A stretch of 64,000 nt of DNA, taken from IMG/VR virus record IMGVR_UViG_3300035146_000036. The stretch is one strand, 5' to 3'. Below the pieces are notes generated by a model. That model saw only the letters and a list, made by a program, of their open reading frames with translations, made no database searches and had not been told where the DNA came from. A program made the position numbers and the translations under genes. Positions 46,203 to 55,869 of the stretch are shown here, piece by piece. Each line of letters opens with the position of its first letter. Position 1 is the stretch's first letter. This stretch comes from a virus.

Positions 46203-46325
46203 GGATACTGTATGTGTCAGGTGGCACAGTTCTGCATGGAGAACTTCTTGAGACAAATAACCTATAACCAGTGAGTGCTGATCAAAAAATGTCAAAGAGA
46301 AATGGTTCGATACCAGCAGTATCCT
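46203..46325 (+). ncRNA. tRNA-like element (8-bp terminal stem, D-arm-like, weak T-arm)
   Basis: GGATACTG...CAGTATCC terminal helix; TGTG-TCAGGTGG-CACA D-arm; GGTTCGATACC T-loop-like; 123 nt, non-canonical. Confidence 0.2.
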
Positions 46326-46366
46326 AAAATTTTAAAAATATTTTTAATATATTAGGAGATATAAAA

Positions 46367-46555
46367 ATGGATAAGAAAACAGCATGCAAGACGGTCGTGT
46401 TGCATCTATGTGATGAACCATATAAAGAATGTGATTTTTATGTAGATGACCATATGAGGTGTAAGTATAGGGGATATGGAGATGGAAGATGCTTATGTGA
46501 AGAAGCATGGATAGAGAATATAAAAAAGGAAAATAGTAAACCCAAAGATGGCTAA
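46367..46555 (+). CDS. small Cys-rich protein
   Basis: ORF track; RBS ttaggagatataaaaATG. Confidence 0.5.
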   Translation: MDKKTACKTVVLHLCDEPYKECDFYVDDHMRCKYRGYGDGRCLCEEAWIENIKKENSKPKDG

Positions 46556-46675
46556 TTTAAGGGTTATAGATGAATGGCTTTATATTGAAGTGTTCGAAGC
46601 AGTGGCAAAATGAACACGAAAAAAAGATCTGCCATTGAGGAATTTTCCATGTTTGCCTTTAAAAAAACATGGTTA

Positions 46676-46750
46676 TCGGGATGTAGCGCAGTCTGGTTAG
46701 CGCACTTGATTTGGGGTCAAGGGGTCATAGGTTCGAATCCTATCATTCCG
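46676..46750 (+). tRNA. tRNA-Pro (anticodon UGG)
   Basis: Acceptor CGGGATG/CATTCCG (C1-G72 as in bacterial tRNA-Pro), D-arm GCGC-AGTCTGGTTA-GCGC, anticodon arm CTTGA-TTTGGGG-TCAAG (UGG), T-arm ATAGG-TTCGAAT-CCTAT, discriminator A, no encoded CCA. Confidence 0.8.
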
Positions 46751-47049
46751 ACGAGGAGCAGCCTCAAAACTGCAATATAGGTGAAAGTCCTTAAGGATGT
46801 TAACGATGTGAGAACATTTAAGTGTTGTTTTCCTCTGGCGAATTGGCTAAGTCATGAAACCACAAGGCATCCTTGCCACTGTTGCTGTGCAGTATCACAG
46901 TGTCTATGTCCTATAATCAGTTTGTTTTAGAAGACGTTCTAGACAAAGATGAATAAGGAGTAGACCGGGTTTGCTGATTGTCCGAGAAACGAATTAGACC
47001 TATATGGAGTGAGCCATACAGCTTGGTGCGATGCCAGGCATTTAAATAT

Positions 47050-47209
47050 TGGCCAATGGCGGAAAGGTATACGCATCAGAAGTGACCGGTTGTTGTCAGA
47101 TTAGCTGTTTGATATACAGAAAGGGTCCCAGCCATGTATAGTTATATATATGGTAAAAGTATGATATTAGGGTGCACACTAATTGTAGGTTCGAATCCTA
47201 CTTGGCCAA
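47050..47209 (+). ncRNA. tRNA-like gene with ~100-nt insertion
   Basis: Perfect acceptor TGGCCAA/TTGGCCA, T-arm GTAGG-TTCGAAT-CCTAC, D-arm-like GCG-GAAAGGTATA-CGC; anticodon arm not resolvable. Confidence 0.3.
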
Positions 47210-47263
47210 CTGAAAATAGATATATTGTAAGGAAATGAAGAAATAGGTAGATTAGGACATTTT

Positions 47264-47506
47264 ATGAATCATTGGCGAAATCGTGTTTTTTATAAATTAG
47301 GTCTTATGTTTGACCCAATAATTATGGTGGATAACAGCAGGAATTCTAAATGTCTTAGTCGTGGTTATCATGAATGGGTATGGGATGAAATAAGATGTGA
47401 TTTACCAAGAAATATAAAATGTAAGCAGTGTTCTAGTGTGGCGATTTTTCATTCTGCTGATTGGGATAAAATTGATGAGTTTTTTAAGGAATATTTTGGT
47501 TGTTAA
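47264..47506 (+). CDS. hypothetical protein
   Basis: ORF track. Confidence 0.5.
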   Translation: MNHWRNRVFYKLGLMFDPIIMVDNSRNSKCLSRGYHEWVWDEIRCDLPRNIKCKQCSSVAIFHSADWDKIDEFFKEYFGC

Positions 47507-47521
47507 TGGAGGATTTATTTT

Positions 47522-48010
47522 ATGAGAATTGCTGAAGAAATATTAGAAAGAATTAAAGTAGAACAACAGAATGATATTTTAGAGTTAGCGATAGGTGATT
47601 TAATAGGGGTTCTTACGTTTGAGGAGGCGAAGAGTATACGCAAAAAGGATATTACTAAAGAGGATTGGGGAGAGGTATTAAGTAGGGATATTGAAAATGT
47701 AAAGAAACGACTTGTTGATTATTTGCCTTTTGCTATAGAAAAGGCGCTTGATCATAGAGGTATTTCATCATTTAGAAGTGTCGCACATATGAGGACTTAT
47801 GTATGGTTAATTGGTGATGATGAGGCATTGAAGTTCGTTGAGGATTCATCTAATTATCCTCAGTATGGTGTTCCAGTTTTAAAATATTTAGCTGATAGAT
47901 ATAATTTTGATTATAAAAACATTCTAGATGAAGAAGAATTAAGAATGTTTTTAAATATGTCGAAGGGTTTGTCATGTAAGGAAGATTGTGATATGGGTTG
48001 TGGAAGATGA
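47522..48010 (+). CDS. hypothetical protein
   Basis: ORF track. Confidence 0.5.
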   Translation: MRIAEEILERIKVEQQNDILELAIGDLIGVLTFEEAKSIRKKDITKEDWGEVLSRDIENVKKRLVDYLPFAIEKALDHRGISSFRSVAHMRTYVWLIGDDEALKFVEDSSNYPQYGVPVLKYLADRYNFDYKNILDEEELRMFLNMSKGLSCKEDCDMGCGR

Positions 48011-48066
48011 AAATGATTGTGAGTATCCCATTTCATGGGGAGACTAATAACAGTTGAAGGAGATTT

Positions 48067-48654
48067 TTGATGGAAGAAGAAAAAAAAGGAAAGAGTGAGA
48101 TTAGTATTAGAGCCGAAAAGATGGCTAACGAGATTTGGGAAAAGGCATCTGCTGTTAATACTGATTGGTATGCAGATTTGGTTTTGAGACTAGAAAAGTC
48201 AATGAAGAGAGTACAAGAGAAACGTGATTTTGAAAAATATATGAAAGATGGAGTGCGTTTTGTTACAGAGAATTCTGATAAGATTTCTATGTACAAGATT
48301 GTGATGCCAGATCTTAAATGTATTATTGGTGTTGGAATTATGGCGAAAGATGATTCTCGTAGGAGATTTAATGTTTCAACATGTATTTGTGCTCCTCCTG
48401 ATTTTGATAGATGGAGTGATAAAACAGCGAAAGGATATATTGGTAATAGACTCAGAGAATTTGGTTATGAAATAGAATATGATTCTCATATTGATGAAGC
48501 AAAAATTGTTATTGGTATTTATTTTAGGATTATGAGTGATGCTTTGTTGAATTTTTTAGGACCAGCATTTTTAAGAAAAAAAGTTCAAGCATGGGGAAAA
48601 ACATCGTTCTATTTTGAAAAAATTAAATTGGGTAGAAAACTGGATTTAAAATGA
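48067..48654 (+). CDS. hypothetical protein
   Basis: ORF track. Confidence 0.5.
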   Translation: MMEEEKKGKSEISIRAEKMANEIWEKASAVNTDWYADLVLRLEKSMKRVQEKRDFEKYMKDGVRFVTENSDKISMYKIVMPDLKCIIGVGIMAKDDSRRRFNVSTCICAPPDFDRWSDKTAKGYIGNRLREFGYEIEYDSHIDEAKIVIGIYFRIMSDALLNFLGPAFLRKKVQAWGKTSFYFEKIKLGRKLDLK

Positions 48655-48914
48655 TTGAACGAAAGTATCAGTATGATTATAAATGTCCCTTTTGTGATTC
48701 AGTGGAGTGGGAGGATTTAACAGAAGAGGGTGAAGTGCTTATGCTGAGTAATCATAAAGAAGTTGATATAAATGAATTAGCTGGTGGTAATTGGAGTGCA
48801 AGGTTACCTGAGAGATGGGTTGGTTCTGTTCAGAAACCATATATTAATGGTATTCCGATTCGTGGTATAACATGTAAGAAATGTGGTAATTTGGCATTTT
48901 TTTCGATTTTTTAA
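48651..48914 (+). CDS. zinc-ribbon protein
   Basis: CPFCDS...CKKCG. Confidence 0.5.
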   Translation: MIERKYQYDYKCPFCDSVEWEDLTEEGEVLMLSNHKEVDINELAGGNWSARLPERWVGSVQKPYINGIPIRGITCKKCGNLAFFSIF

Positions 48915-48944
48915 TGAAGTTTTATTTGTTTTGCCTCCTTCAAG

Positions 48945-49184
48945 GTGGAGAGAATGACAACGAAATATCAGCGCTTTTTATTGGAACACTCACTCGGCGG
49001 AAAAGACCCTAAAAAGTGGTATCGAAATCATTTTGTTGCAAGCCCCGGTCATACCGATTTAACAGACATCCGGGAGCTTGAAAAAGCCGGTTTCATGAAA
49101 CAGATAAAAGCCCCGGAATTCTGTGACGCCGATTCAATGCTTTTCGTCGTAACGGACGACGGGAAAAAGTTCTTGTCCGGATAA
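48945..49184 (+). CDS. hypothetical protein encoded in a GC-rich compositional island
   Basis: Local GC and codon usage (ccc, ggg, gac, gcc, ccg) clearly above the ~32% GC flanks; RBS aaggtggagagaATG; terminator downstream. Confidence 0.5.
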   Translation: MERMTTKYQRFLLEHSLGGKDPKKWYRNHFVASPGHTDLTDIRELEKAGFMKQIKAPEFCDADSMLFVVTDDGKKFLSG

Positions 49185-49355
49185 GTCTTTGGATGACTAT
49201 AAACTCATCATGGTGGAGGTGCAAAAGCAACTATAGCTAATATATCATGATGATATATTGCAACCTGTCCTGGGGTTGTTGCAACATGAATTAATTAAGG
49301 TTCTCACATTTTCACTGTTTCATGTCCAGGACATTTTTAAAAAAAACGAAGGATA

Positions 49356-49395
49356 AAGCCTAGCAAATGATGATTTGTTAGGCTTTTTTATTTAT
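49356..49395 (+). terminator. rho-independent terminator
   Basis: AAGCCTAGCAAA-tgatga-TTTGTTAGGCT hairpin followed by TTTTTTATTTATT. Confidence 0.6.
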
Positions 49396-49482
49396 TCTGT
49401 TATATTTCTATAATATCATATCAGTTGCAGTAGGTTTGGAATTGAGTATAATGGATAGTAGTATGGTAGGTTGCTGCTATTT

Positions 49483-49498
49483 GCGAACTCGAGTTCGT
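49483..49498. promoter_or_regulatory. palindrome copy 10 (GCGAACTCGAGTTCGt)
   Basis: 15/16; 22 nt before ATG 49521 (terminase small subunit). Confidence 0.7.
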
Positions 49499-49520
49499 AG
49501 CTTGTTGATGGAGTTGATAG

Positions 49521-50171
49521 ATGGATAGAGATATAGTTAAAAGGGAGAAATTTTCTAAAATAAAAAAGCTTCGTTGTTTTCAGAGAGTGCATGAGATGTT
49601 ATCTCATGGTTATCCTGCACCAGGGGTTGCAAATTTTATTAGAGAACAGGGAGAATATCTGCATGTTAAAGAACAATCTTTAATTGAGGTACTTAGAAAA
49701 TATAGACAAGAGATTCTTCCTGCAGATGTTTTGGTGACTAGACAGCCACATGTTATTATTGATGCAAGAAAACAATATACTGATAAGTTGGAAGAGCTTC
49801 GTAGAATGGATGATTTGTATGAAGCTCTTAAATATGAGTTTGATGTTGGACATGCTCAATTTAGAATGCATGGATTTTCAGATCAAGAGCATAGACATAC
49901 CGCAAAAGCATTGATGGATTTAATTTATAAAATGCACATGGTCAAGATGGATCTTGGTATTTCTGGTCAAAGAAATCTTGGTACGATAACTGTATCACCA
50001 GAGAGATTGGAAGAGATTCGTTTAAAATATGGTGATAAAGCAGCTAAGGCGATGTCTGATCCAGTAAGTAGAGCAAGAGTTATTGCTTATCTTAAAGCAG
50101 CACAAGATGCAGCTGGTTTGAAGGAAAAGGAAGATGCTGGAGAAATAATTGATGTTAAGGTTGAGAAATGA
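49521..50171 (+). CDS. putative terminase small subunit
   Basis: Immediately upstream of and overlapping the large terminase; 216 aa; preceded by palindrome copy 10. Confidence 0.45.
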   Translation: MDRDIVKREKFSKIKKLRCFQRVHEMLSHGYPAPGVANFIREQGEYLHVKEQSLIEVLRKYRQEILPADVLVTRQPHVIIDARKQYTDKLEELRRMDDLYEALKYEFDVGHAQFRMHGFSDQEHRHTAKALMDLIYKMHMVKMDLGISGQRNLGTITVSPERLEEIRLKYGDKAAKAMSDPVSRARVIAYLKAAQDAAGLKEKEDAGEIIDVKVEK

Positions 50172-52219
50172 TTACTACTGGTAAAAATGGAAGAAGATAT
50201 TCAAAGACTACATTTGATGAAGCAGTTGGTATCATTGACCATATGAAACAGAATTTAACACCAGAAGAAAGATTGTTAGTTGATATTCTTGGTGAAGAGG
50301 AATTAGAAAATCAGGTTCTTGTTAAAGAAGGATTGTTTGGTCATATTTATCATACTATTCCAGTTACTATGGAGCAATTTATTGATGATCCTTATTTTTT
50401 AGGTGAGTCATGTTCTACTATATATCCTGCAATAAAAGAAGATTTGATAGATATGTTTGAACGTCCATATAGAGAGGTAATATTGACGGGATCTATCGGT
50501 GTTGGTAAAACTTATTGCCTTTCAATTGCGATTTGTAGGATTTTATATGAATTATCTTGTATGATTTCACCACAAAAAACATTTGGTCTTTCATCTGGGT
50601 CTGAAATGGTGATTCCATTAATATCCAAAAATCTTACATTAGCTAGAGAAGTAATGAAATCAGCAGTTGATGATAAGATAAAAGAATCACCATATTTTAT
50701 GACTAAGTTTGCTCCTAATATAAAACAAGATTATACTTTATTTCCTCATAATATTAGAGTGAAAATTGGTTCATATGGGTCTGATAGAATTTTGGGTACA
50801 AATATTTTTAGTGCAGCATGCGATGAAACAAATTTTCCACCAAAGCGAAAAGGACAACAAATTGCTATAGGTTTTGGTCAGAAATTAAAGGCTGCTCATT
50901 TTGATATAGTTGAGAAGATATACAGAGGATTAGTTAGAAGGATAAAATCTAGGTTTCAGAATGCAGGAGGGGGATTTCCTGGGATGGTGATTTTGGCGTC
51001 TTCTGCAGCTACTGTAGAGTCATTTACAGAAAGGAAGCTTAGAGAGAGTAAGGATGATCCTTTAGTTTTTGTTAGGGACCATACTCAATGGACTGCAAAG
51101 CCAAAGGAAGAATTCTGTGGTGAATTTTTTTATATCATATGTTCTACATCAGCAACGAAATCAAGGATTCTTAGAGAGGATGAATATGATGCTATAACTG
51201 ATGAATATTTAGAAGCAAATGATGCTTTTATTATGGATATTCCTGTTGAATACAAAGAAGATTTTGAATCAAATATGGAAGAGTCATTAAGGGATATTGC
51301 TGGCTTTTCTACAGAAGCTATTTCTCAGTTTGTGCAACGACCTAAAATGATTTCTGTTTGCACCAATACAAATATTGTTCATCCTTTTGATAGAGAAGAA
51401 TGGGTAGCTGGTGGTCCTGGTGTTATGGATTGGAATGCTTTAGTAGTAGAGATTGAAAGGAACTTGCCAGGTGGATTTAAGGAAAGAGCGTTTATGCCTA
51501 GGAGAAATCCATCAGCAATGCGTTGGTGCCATGTAGATGCGTCAACATCTGGTGATAGTTCTGGCTTGGCAATAGGACATATAGATAGGTGGGTAGAAGT
51601 AGTAAGAAGAGATTTGGAAGGATATGTTCATGTAGATCAGGAACCATATTATATTATAGATTTTATGTTGAGAATTAATCCTCCACCAGCTGAACAGATT
51701 TATATGCCAGATATTAGGGTAATGATTTATGATTTTATGGTTCATGGTTTTAAATTTATTGGGTTTTCGTCAGATACTTATCAGCATGTTGAAATGCACC
51801 AACAGATATCTAGAAAAGGAATAAAACCACATATTGTATCTATGGATTCATCTACTGAGGCTTATGATGAATTGAAATCGGCTTTTTATGAAAAAAGAAT
51901 TGAGATATATTATTATGAACCTTTTATTGAAGAATTTAAAAAACTAGAGTATGATCGTCTTGCTGGGAAGATTGACCATCCGTTGGCTGGCTCGAAAGAT
52001 TGTAGTGACTCAGTTGCCGGAGTGGTTCAAGGATTAAAGAAAGCGGCATCTATGATGCCACTACAAGGTAGAATGGCGAAATCACCTAATCTTTCCCACG
52101 AGCATTCATGGGTGTCACCCCTGATTCCTGCTGATAAAGTTGATATAGAAGATGTGAAGGCTGCAAAAGAAGGGATAAGCAAAGAGGATTATTTGCCAAT
52201 ACTCTTTGATGGAGATTAA
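50168..52219 (+). CDS. terL: terminase large subunit
   Basis: Walker A LTGSIGVGKTYCLS; Walker B-like IFSAACDETNF; C-terminal nuclease-like domain with conserved D/E; 683 aa. Confidence 0.75.
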   Translation: MITTGKNGRRYSKTTFDEAVGIIDHMKQNLTPEERLLVDILGEEELENQVLVKEGLFGHIYHTIPVTMEQFIDDPYFLGESCSTIYPAIKEDLIDMFERPYREVILTGSIGVGKTYCLSIAICRILYELSCMISPQKTFGLSSGSEMVIPLISKNLTLAREVMKSAVDDKIKESPYFMTKFAPNIKQDYTLFPHNIRVKIGSYGSDRILGTNIFSAACDETNFPPKRKGQQIAIGFGQKLKAAHFDIVEKIYRGLVRRIKSRFQNAGGGFPGMVILASSAATVESFTERKLRESKDDPLVFVRDHTQWTAKPKEEFCGEFFYIICSTSATKSRILREDEYDAITDEYLEANDAFIMDIPVEYKEDFESNMEESLRDIAGFSTEAISQFVQRPKMISVCTNTNIVHPFDREEWVAGGPGVMDWNALVVEIERNLPGGFKERAFMPRRNPSAMRWCHVDASTSGDSSGLAIGHIDRWVEVVRRDLEGYVHVDQEPYYIIDFMLRINPPPAEQIYMPDIRVMIYDFMVHGFKFIGFSSDTYQHVEMHQQISRKGIKPHIVSMDSSTEAYDELKSAFYEKRIEIYYYEPFIEEFKKLEYDRLAGKIDHPLAGSKDCSDSVAGVVQGLKKAASMMPLQGRMAKSPNLSHEHSWVSPLIPADKVDIEDVKAAKEGISKEDYLPILFDGD

Positions 52220-52221
52220 AT

Positions 52222-53898
52222 ATGAGTTGGACAGATAGAATTAAAAAGCTTGTTCAAAGAGATAAAAAGGAACAGATAGTAGAAAAGGGGAAGGGATGGA
52301 CTTTTGATGACCCATTTAGTTCTGTTTCAGGTAATTTAGTTGTTGATGCTGGATATACTAATTTAAAATCTGCGTTAACAATGGACCAATCATTATTGGC
52401 AAGGTTTGCTGATTATGAAAATATGGACGATTATCCTGAACTATCTTGTGCTCTCGATATTTTTTCAGATGATACAACTATTACGGATAATTTACGTGGT
52501 AAAACAATATGGGGTGAATCTAAAGATACGATTTTAAAAGATATTATTGATGATTGTTTGCATAGGAGATTAAGAATAGAGGAAGATATTTGGCTTGCTA
52601 TTAGAACATTATGTAAATACGGGAATGTTTATGCTGAAATTATAACAACGGATATTGGTGTTGTTGGGTTAAATTTTTTGCCAGTTCCAACTATGCGTAG
52701 ATTGGTGACAATGAAGGGTGATCTTGTAGGTTTTATTCAAGATTTAAAAGGAAGATTTAATACTGAAGGTTTGGCTATAAATGATATTAATAAACTTAAG
52801 GAACAGACAAAAGAACGTGGAATGATTTTCTTTGAGCCTTGGGAAATTGTTCACTGGAGGCTTCAGTCTAAATTTACTAATTCATTATACGGGTATGCAG
52901 TTTTTGACGCAGCTAGGTGGGTATGGAAGCGTCTTGTAATGCTTGAAGATACAGCATTATTATATCAACTGACTAGGTCTCCAGGACGGTATGCTTTTTA
53001 TATAGATACAGGAGATTTGCCTCCTGATGAAGCAATGGCGTTAGTTAAAAAGGTAAAACGACAGTATAAAAAACGAACACTTGTTAATCCGTCTACAGGA
53101 GAACTTGAATTTAGAAATAATCCTCTTAGTCCTGAAGATGACATGTGGATTCCTACAAGAAGCGGTAAAGAGTCTGCAAGAGTTGATGTATTGTCTGGGC
53201 CAGATTGGCAATCAATGGATAGTATTGAGTACCTACGTGATAAGATGTTTACGTCCATTAAGATTCCACGTAGTTATTATGGTGGTGATGCTGAAGCAGA
53301 GCAAGGACTTGCACAAAAGGATGTACGATTTGCACGTACATGTATGAGGATTCAGAGAGAATTTAGAAATGGTATACGTCAGATACTTCGTGTTCATTTG
53401 GCTGCAATAAATATAGATCCTGATACGGTTGAATGGGATACACGAATGACTATGCCGTCAAGTATTTTTGAATTACAGCAGATAGAAGTTATGAATGCAC
53501 AAGCAGGTTTGATAGAAACTCTATCTCAATTCTTCCCGAAAGAATGGTTGTTGCGTAGAATTCTTCACCTAAGTCAGGATGATGCTGTGTCAGTTGTTAA
53601 TGATAAGATGAGTGAAGAAGAGAGAGCATTAATGGACCAAGCTAGGATTGCTTCATCAATAGAGAAAAGATATCCTGGAATAGATATTGGTGATGCAACT
53701 ATTGCTGATGCTGGTCAAGAAGCCAGAAATGAAGAAGTTAAGTTTTCAAGAGAGATAAAAAAATTGACAGAAATGGTAAGTAAGTCTATGCAAGAGTCCA
53801 ATAGGGTGATAAAAAAGTTAGAGGAAATGGATTTATCATCTAAAAGAGATACACGAAAGATTGATAATAGTATAAAATATATACGTAGGGTGAAATAG
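52222..53898 (+). CDS. putative portal protein
   Basis: 558 aa directly after TerL (synteny); size and acidic/helical C-terminus typical. Confidence 0.55.
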   Translation: MSWTDRIKKLVQRDKKEQIVEKGKGWTFDDPFSSVSGNLVVDAGYTNLKSALTMDQSLLARFADYENMDDYPELSCALDIFSDDTTITDNLRGKTIWGESKDTILKDIIDDCLHRRLRIEEDIWLAIRTLCKYGNVYAEIITTDIGVVGLNFLPVPTMRRLVTMKGDLVGFIQDLKGRFNTEGLAINDINKLKEQTKERGMIFFEPWEIVHWRLQSKFTNSLYGYAVFDAARWVWKRLVMLEDTALLYQLTRSPGRYAFYIDTGDLPPDEAMALVKKVKRQYKKRTLVNPSTGELEFRNNPLSPEDDMWIPTRSGKESARVDVLSGPDWQSMDSIEYLRDKMFTSIKIPRSYYGGDAEAEQGLAQKDVRFARTCMRIQREFRNGIRQILRVHLAAINIDPDTVEWDTRMTMPSSIFELQQIEVMNAQAGLIETLSQFFPKEWLLRRILHLSQDDAVSVVNDKMSEEERALMDQARIASSIEKRYPGIDIGDATIADAGQEARNEEVKFSREIKKLTEMVSKSMQESNRVIKKLEEMDLSSKRDTRKIDNSIKYIRRVK

Positions 53899-53909
53899 GA
53901 GATTTTCAC

Positions 53910-54764
53910 ATGGCATATATTCAAGGTTCAGCAATAGAAAAGGTGAGAATAGGAAGTATTGAGCATAAGCTTGGTGATATACACGATTTTATTCAGGAGG
54001 AATATAAAGATGCTTTGCGTATTATTGCTACATTTGATGACCATGTGTTAGCCTTTAATGGAGAAGGCAAATTAAGGAATATTTCTTTTTTGATAGATGA
54101 AGATGGGAAGATGAGAATTAATGAAGACAAAGCATCTAGGTCTATTCCTATTATAAAAGAAGAAGAAATCCCATCTCATGTATCAAAAGAACTAAAAAGT
54201 ATAGCTAAATCTATGATGAATGGTGATGATGTATTGCGAACTCGAGTTCGCGAGTTGGTGCCTTTTATTAATGATAAAGATATGATTTGGTTTTCTGATA
54301 TTATGAATGGTATCAAAGAATCTACAAAGCCTAATGAGTGGAGTAAAATGTATGAGGCTAATGTAGAGCGTATAAAGACAAGACTTTATGGTCGCATTAG
54401 AGACATAGAAGGTGGAGTTCCTAAAACAAGATATTCTAGATTGCCGGAAGAAAGAATTTATGAATTTGCAAAAGAAGTGAATGAATCTATGTCAATTCTT
54501 CTTGACCGATATAAAATTATAATAGAAGGTTGCAAAGATTTATCATTTTGTGATAATAAGTTTTTAGGTGCCGTTTGTGAATCGTTGATAGTTGAAGCGC
54601 AGGCTGCTGTTAGTCTGCTTGGTAAGGCCGAAAAGTTGTCAAGGCATGAGGATTTGCCTTTAGTAGCAAAGGCACATGACAAATTGGCCGACCGAGCAAG
54701 GACAATGGTTTTGTTATCAGAATATCTGAAATTAAAAGCAAAACCTAACAACAAGGAGCGTTAA
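53910..54764 (+). CDS. hypothetical head-morphogenesis protein
   Basis: ORF track; within the structural module; contains palindrome copy 11 in-frame (TRVREL). Confidence 0.5.
   Translation: MAYIQGSAIEKVRIGSIEHKLGDIHDFIQEEYKDALRIIATFDDHVLAFNGEGKLRNISFLIDEDGKMRINEDKASRSIPIIKEEEIPSHVSKELKSIAKSMMNGDDVLRTRVRELVPFINDKDMIWFSDIMNGIKESTKPNEWSKMYEANVERIKTRLYGRIRDIEGGVPKTRYSRLPEERIYEFAKEVNESMSILLDRYKIIIEGCKDLSFCDNKFLGAVCESLIVEAQAAVSLLGKAEKLSRHEDLPLVAKAHDKLADRARTMVLLSEYLKLKAKPNNKER
54236..54251. promoter_or_regulatory. palindrome copy 11 (intragenic)
   Basis: Exact; lies inside CDS 53910..54764. Confidence 0.6.
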
Positions 54765-54768
54765 TGCA

Positions 54769-55686
54769 ATGACTCGTCAACGAATGAAGACAACATTAGA
54801 AGAGGATTTTTCAGCGCTTGGTATAAAAATGAATGCTGGAAGATCCGTGAAAATGTCTGGTATTATCGAGGAGGATAAAGATGATTCTCCCAAAGAACCT
54901 GAAAAGGATTTAGATGAAGACAATGATCCTTTCGATGGTGAATATGTCACCAATGAGCTTTTTGACAGGATAGAAGCACTTCCATTAGATGATTTGGAAG
55001 AAGATGATATTCAGAAAGTTCTTGATGGTCTTTCTGAAAAGAAAATTCCGGACAACAATGTTGATATTCTTGAAAGAGCTGAGAAGATAGTAACGGCCTT
55101 GAAAGAAGCAAAAGCTACTCGTCAGAGGCGTTTTAAGGGTGGTTCTACCGCAAGAAAAATGTCCTTTCAGTGCCCCCCTGGGATGCGTGCAGTAAAGACA
55201 GGTGGTGGCACACCTGTTTGTAGGCCATCTCATGTTGTAGCTGGTGGAATGGGAAAACTGGCAAAAGAAGGACGATTGAAAAAGAAATGGCGTAGAGGAG
55301 GCAAAGGCGTTGTTTCTAAGATGCGGTCAGGAAGGGTAGAAAAACGACGTAAGGGGCTCAGAAGCGAAGAGAATATGTCGTCATTTGCTCAAGAACTTTT
55401 GCTTTTATCAGAGGATATATCACGAGAAGAATCGAAGAGTGTTAGGGATGAAATTGTAGAGCGAATTGTTAATATAGTTGATTTTCTTAATGAGGAATTT
55501 TGTGATGATTCAGTGGCTGATATTTATACAGAGTCTGTAGATTCTGTTCTGGATATGTATGAAGCTGGTCGATTAGAAGAAGACGTAATGGATGATGAAG
55601 AGTTTATAGCGGAGTTGAACCCAATACTTACTATTATCAGCAAGTCAATTAATAAGCTGGATGATGGTGAGTTGGGAAACGATTAA
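54769..55686 (+). CDS. hypothetical acidic protein (structural module)
   Basis: ORF track; acidic N and C termini, basic centre. Confidence 0.5.
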   Translation: MTRQRMKTTLEEDFSALGIKMNAGRSVKMSGIIEEDKDDSPKEPEKDLDEDNDPFDGEYVTNELFDRIEALPLDDLEEDDIQKVLDGLSEKKIPDNNVDILERAEKIVTALKEAKATRQRRFKGGSTARKMSFQCPPGMRAVKTGGGTPVCRPSHVVAGGMGKLAKEGRLKKKWRRGGKGVVSKMRSGRVEKRRKGLRSEENMSSFAQELLLLSEDISREESKSVRDEIVERIVNIVDFLNEEFCDDSVADIYTESVDSVLDMYEAGRLEEDVMDDEEFIAELNPILTIISKSINKLDDGELGND

Positions 55687-55869
55687 ACCGCTTATCAGAA
55701 AAAAAGACTGATGGATCAGGTGGTAAGCGGAAACGGAGAACGGCATATACGTCTGGGAGATTAGAATTGATTGGTTATGTTTCACCATTGAAGAGTTTGA
55801 GCTTGGATGGAAATAAAACAAGAAGAAAAATCTCTCCAGAAGCTAAGCGTAAACTAGATCGTAATCCAC

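Noticed and set aside
46203-46325. Canonical tRNA call for element B
   Set aside because: The T-stem has only 3 bp and the anticodon loop would be 6 nt. It is reported only as a low-confidence tRNA-like element.
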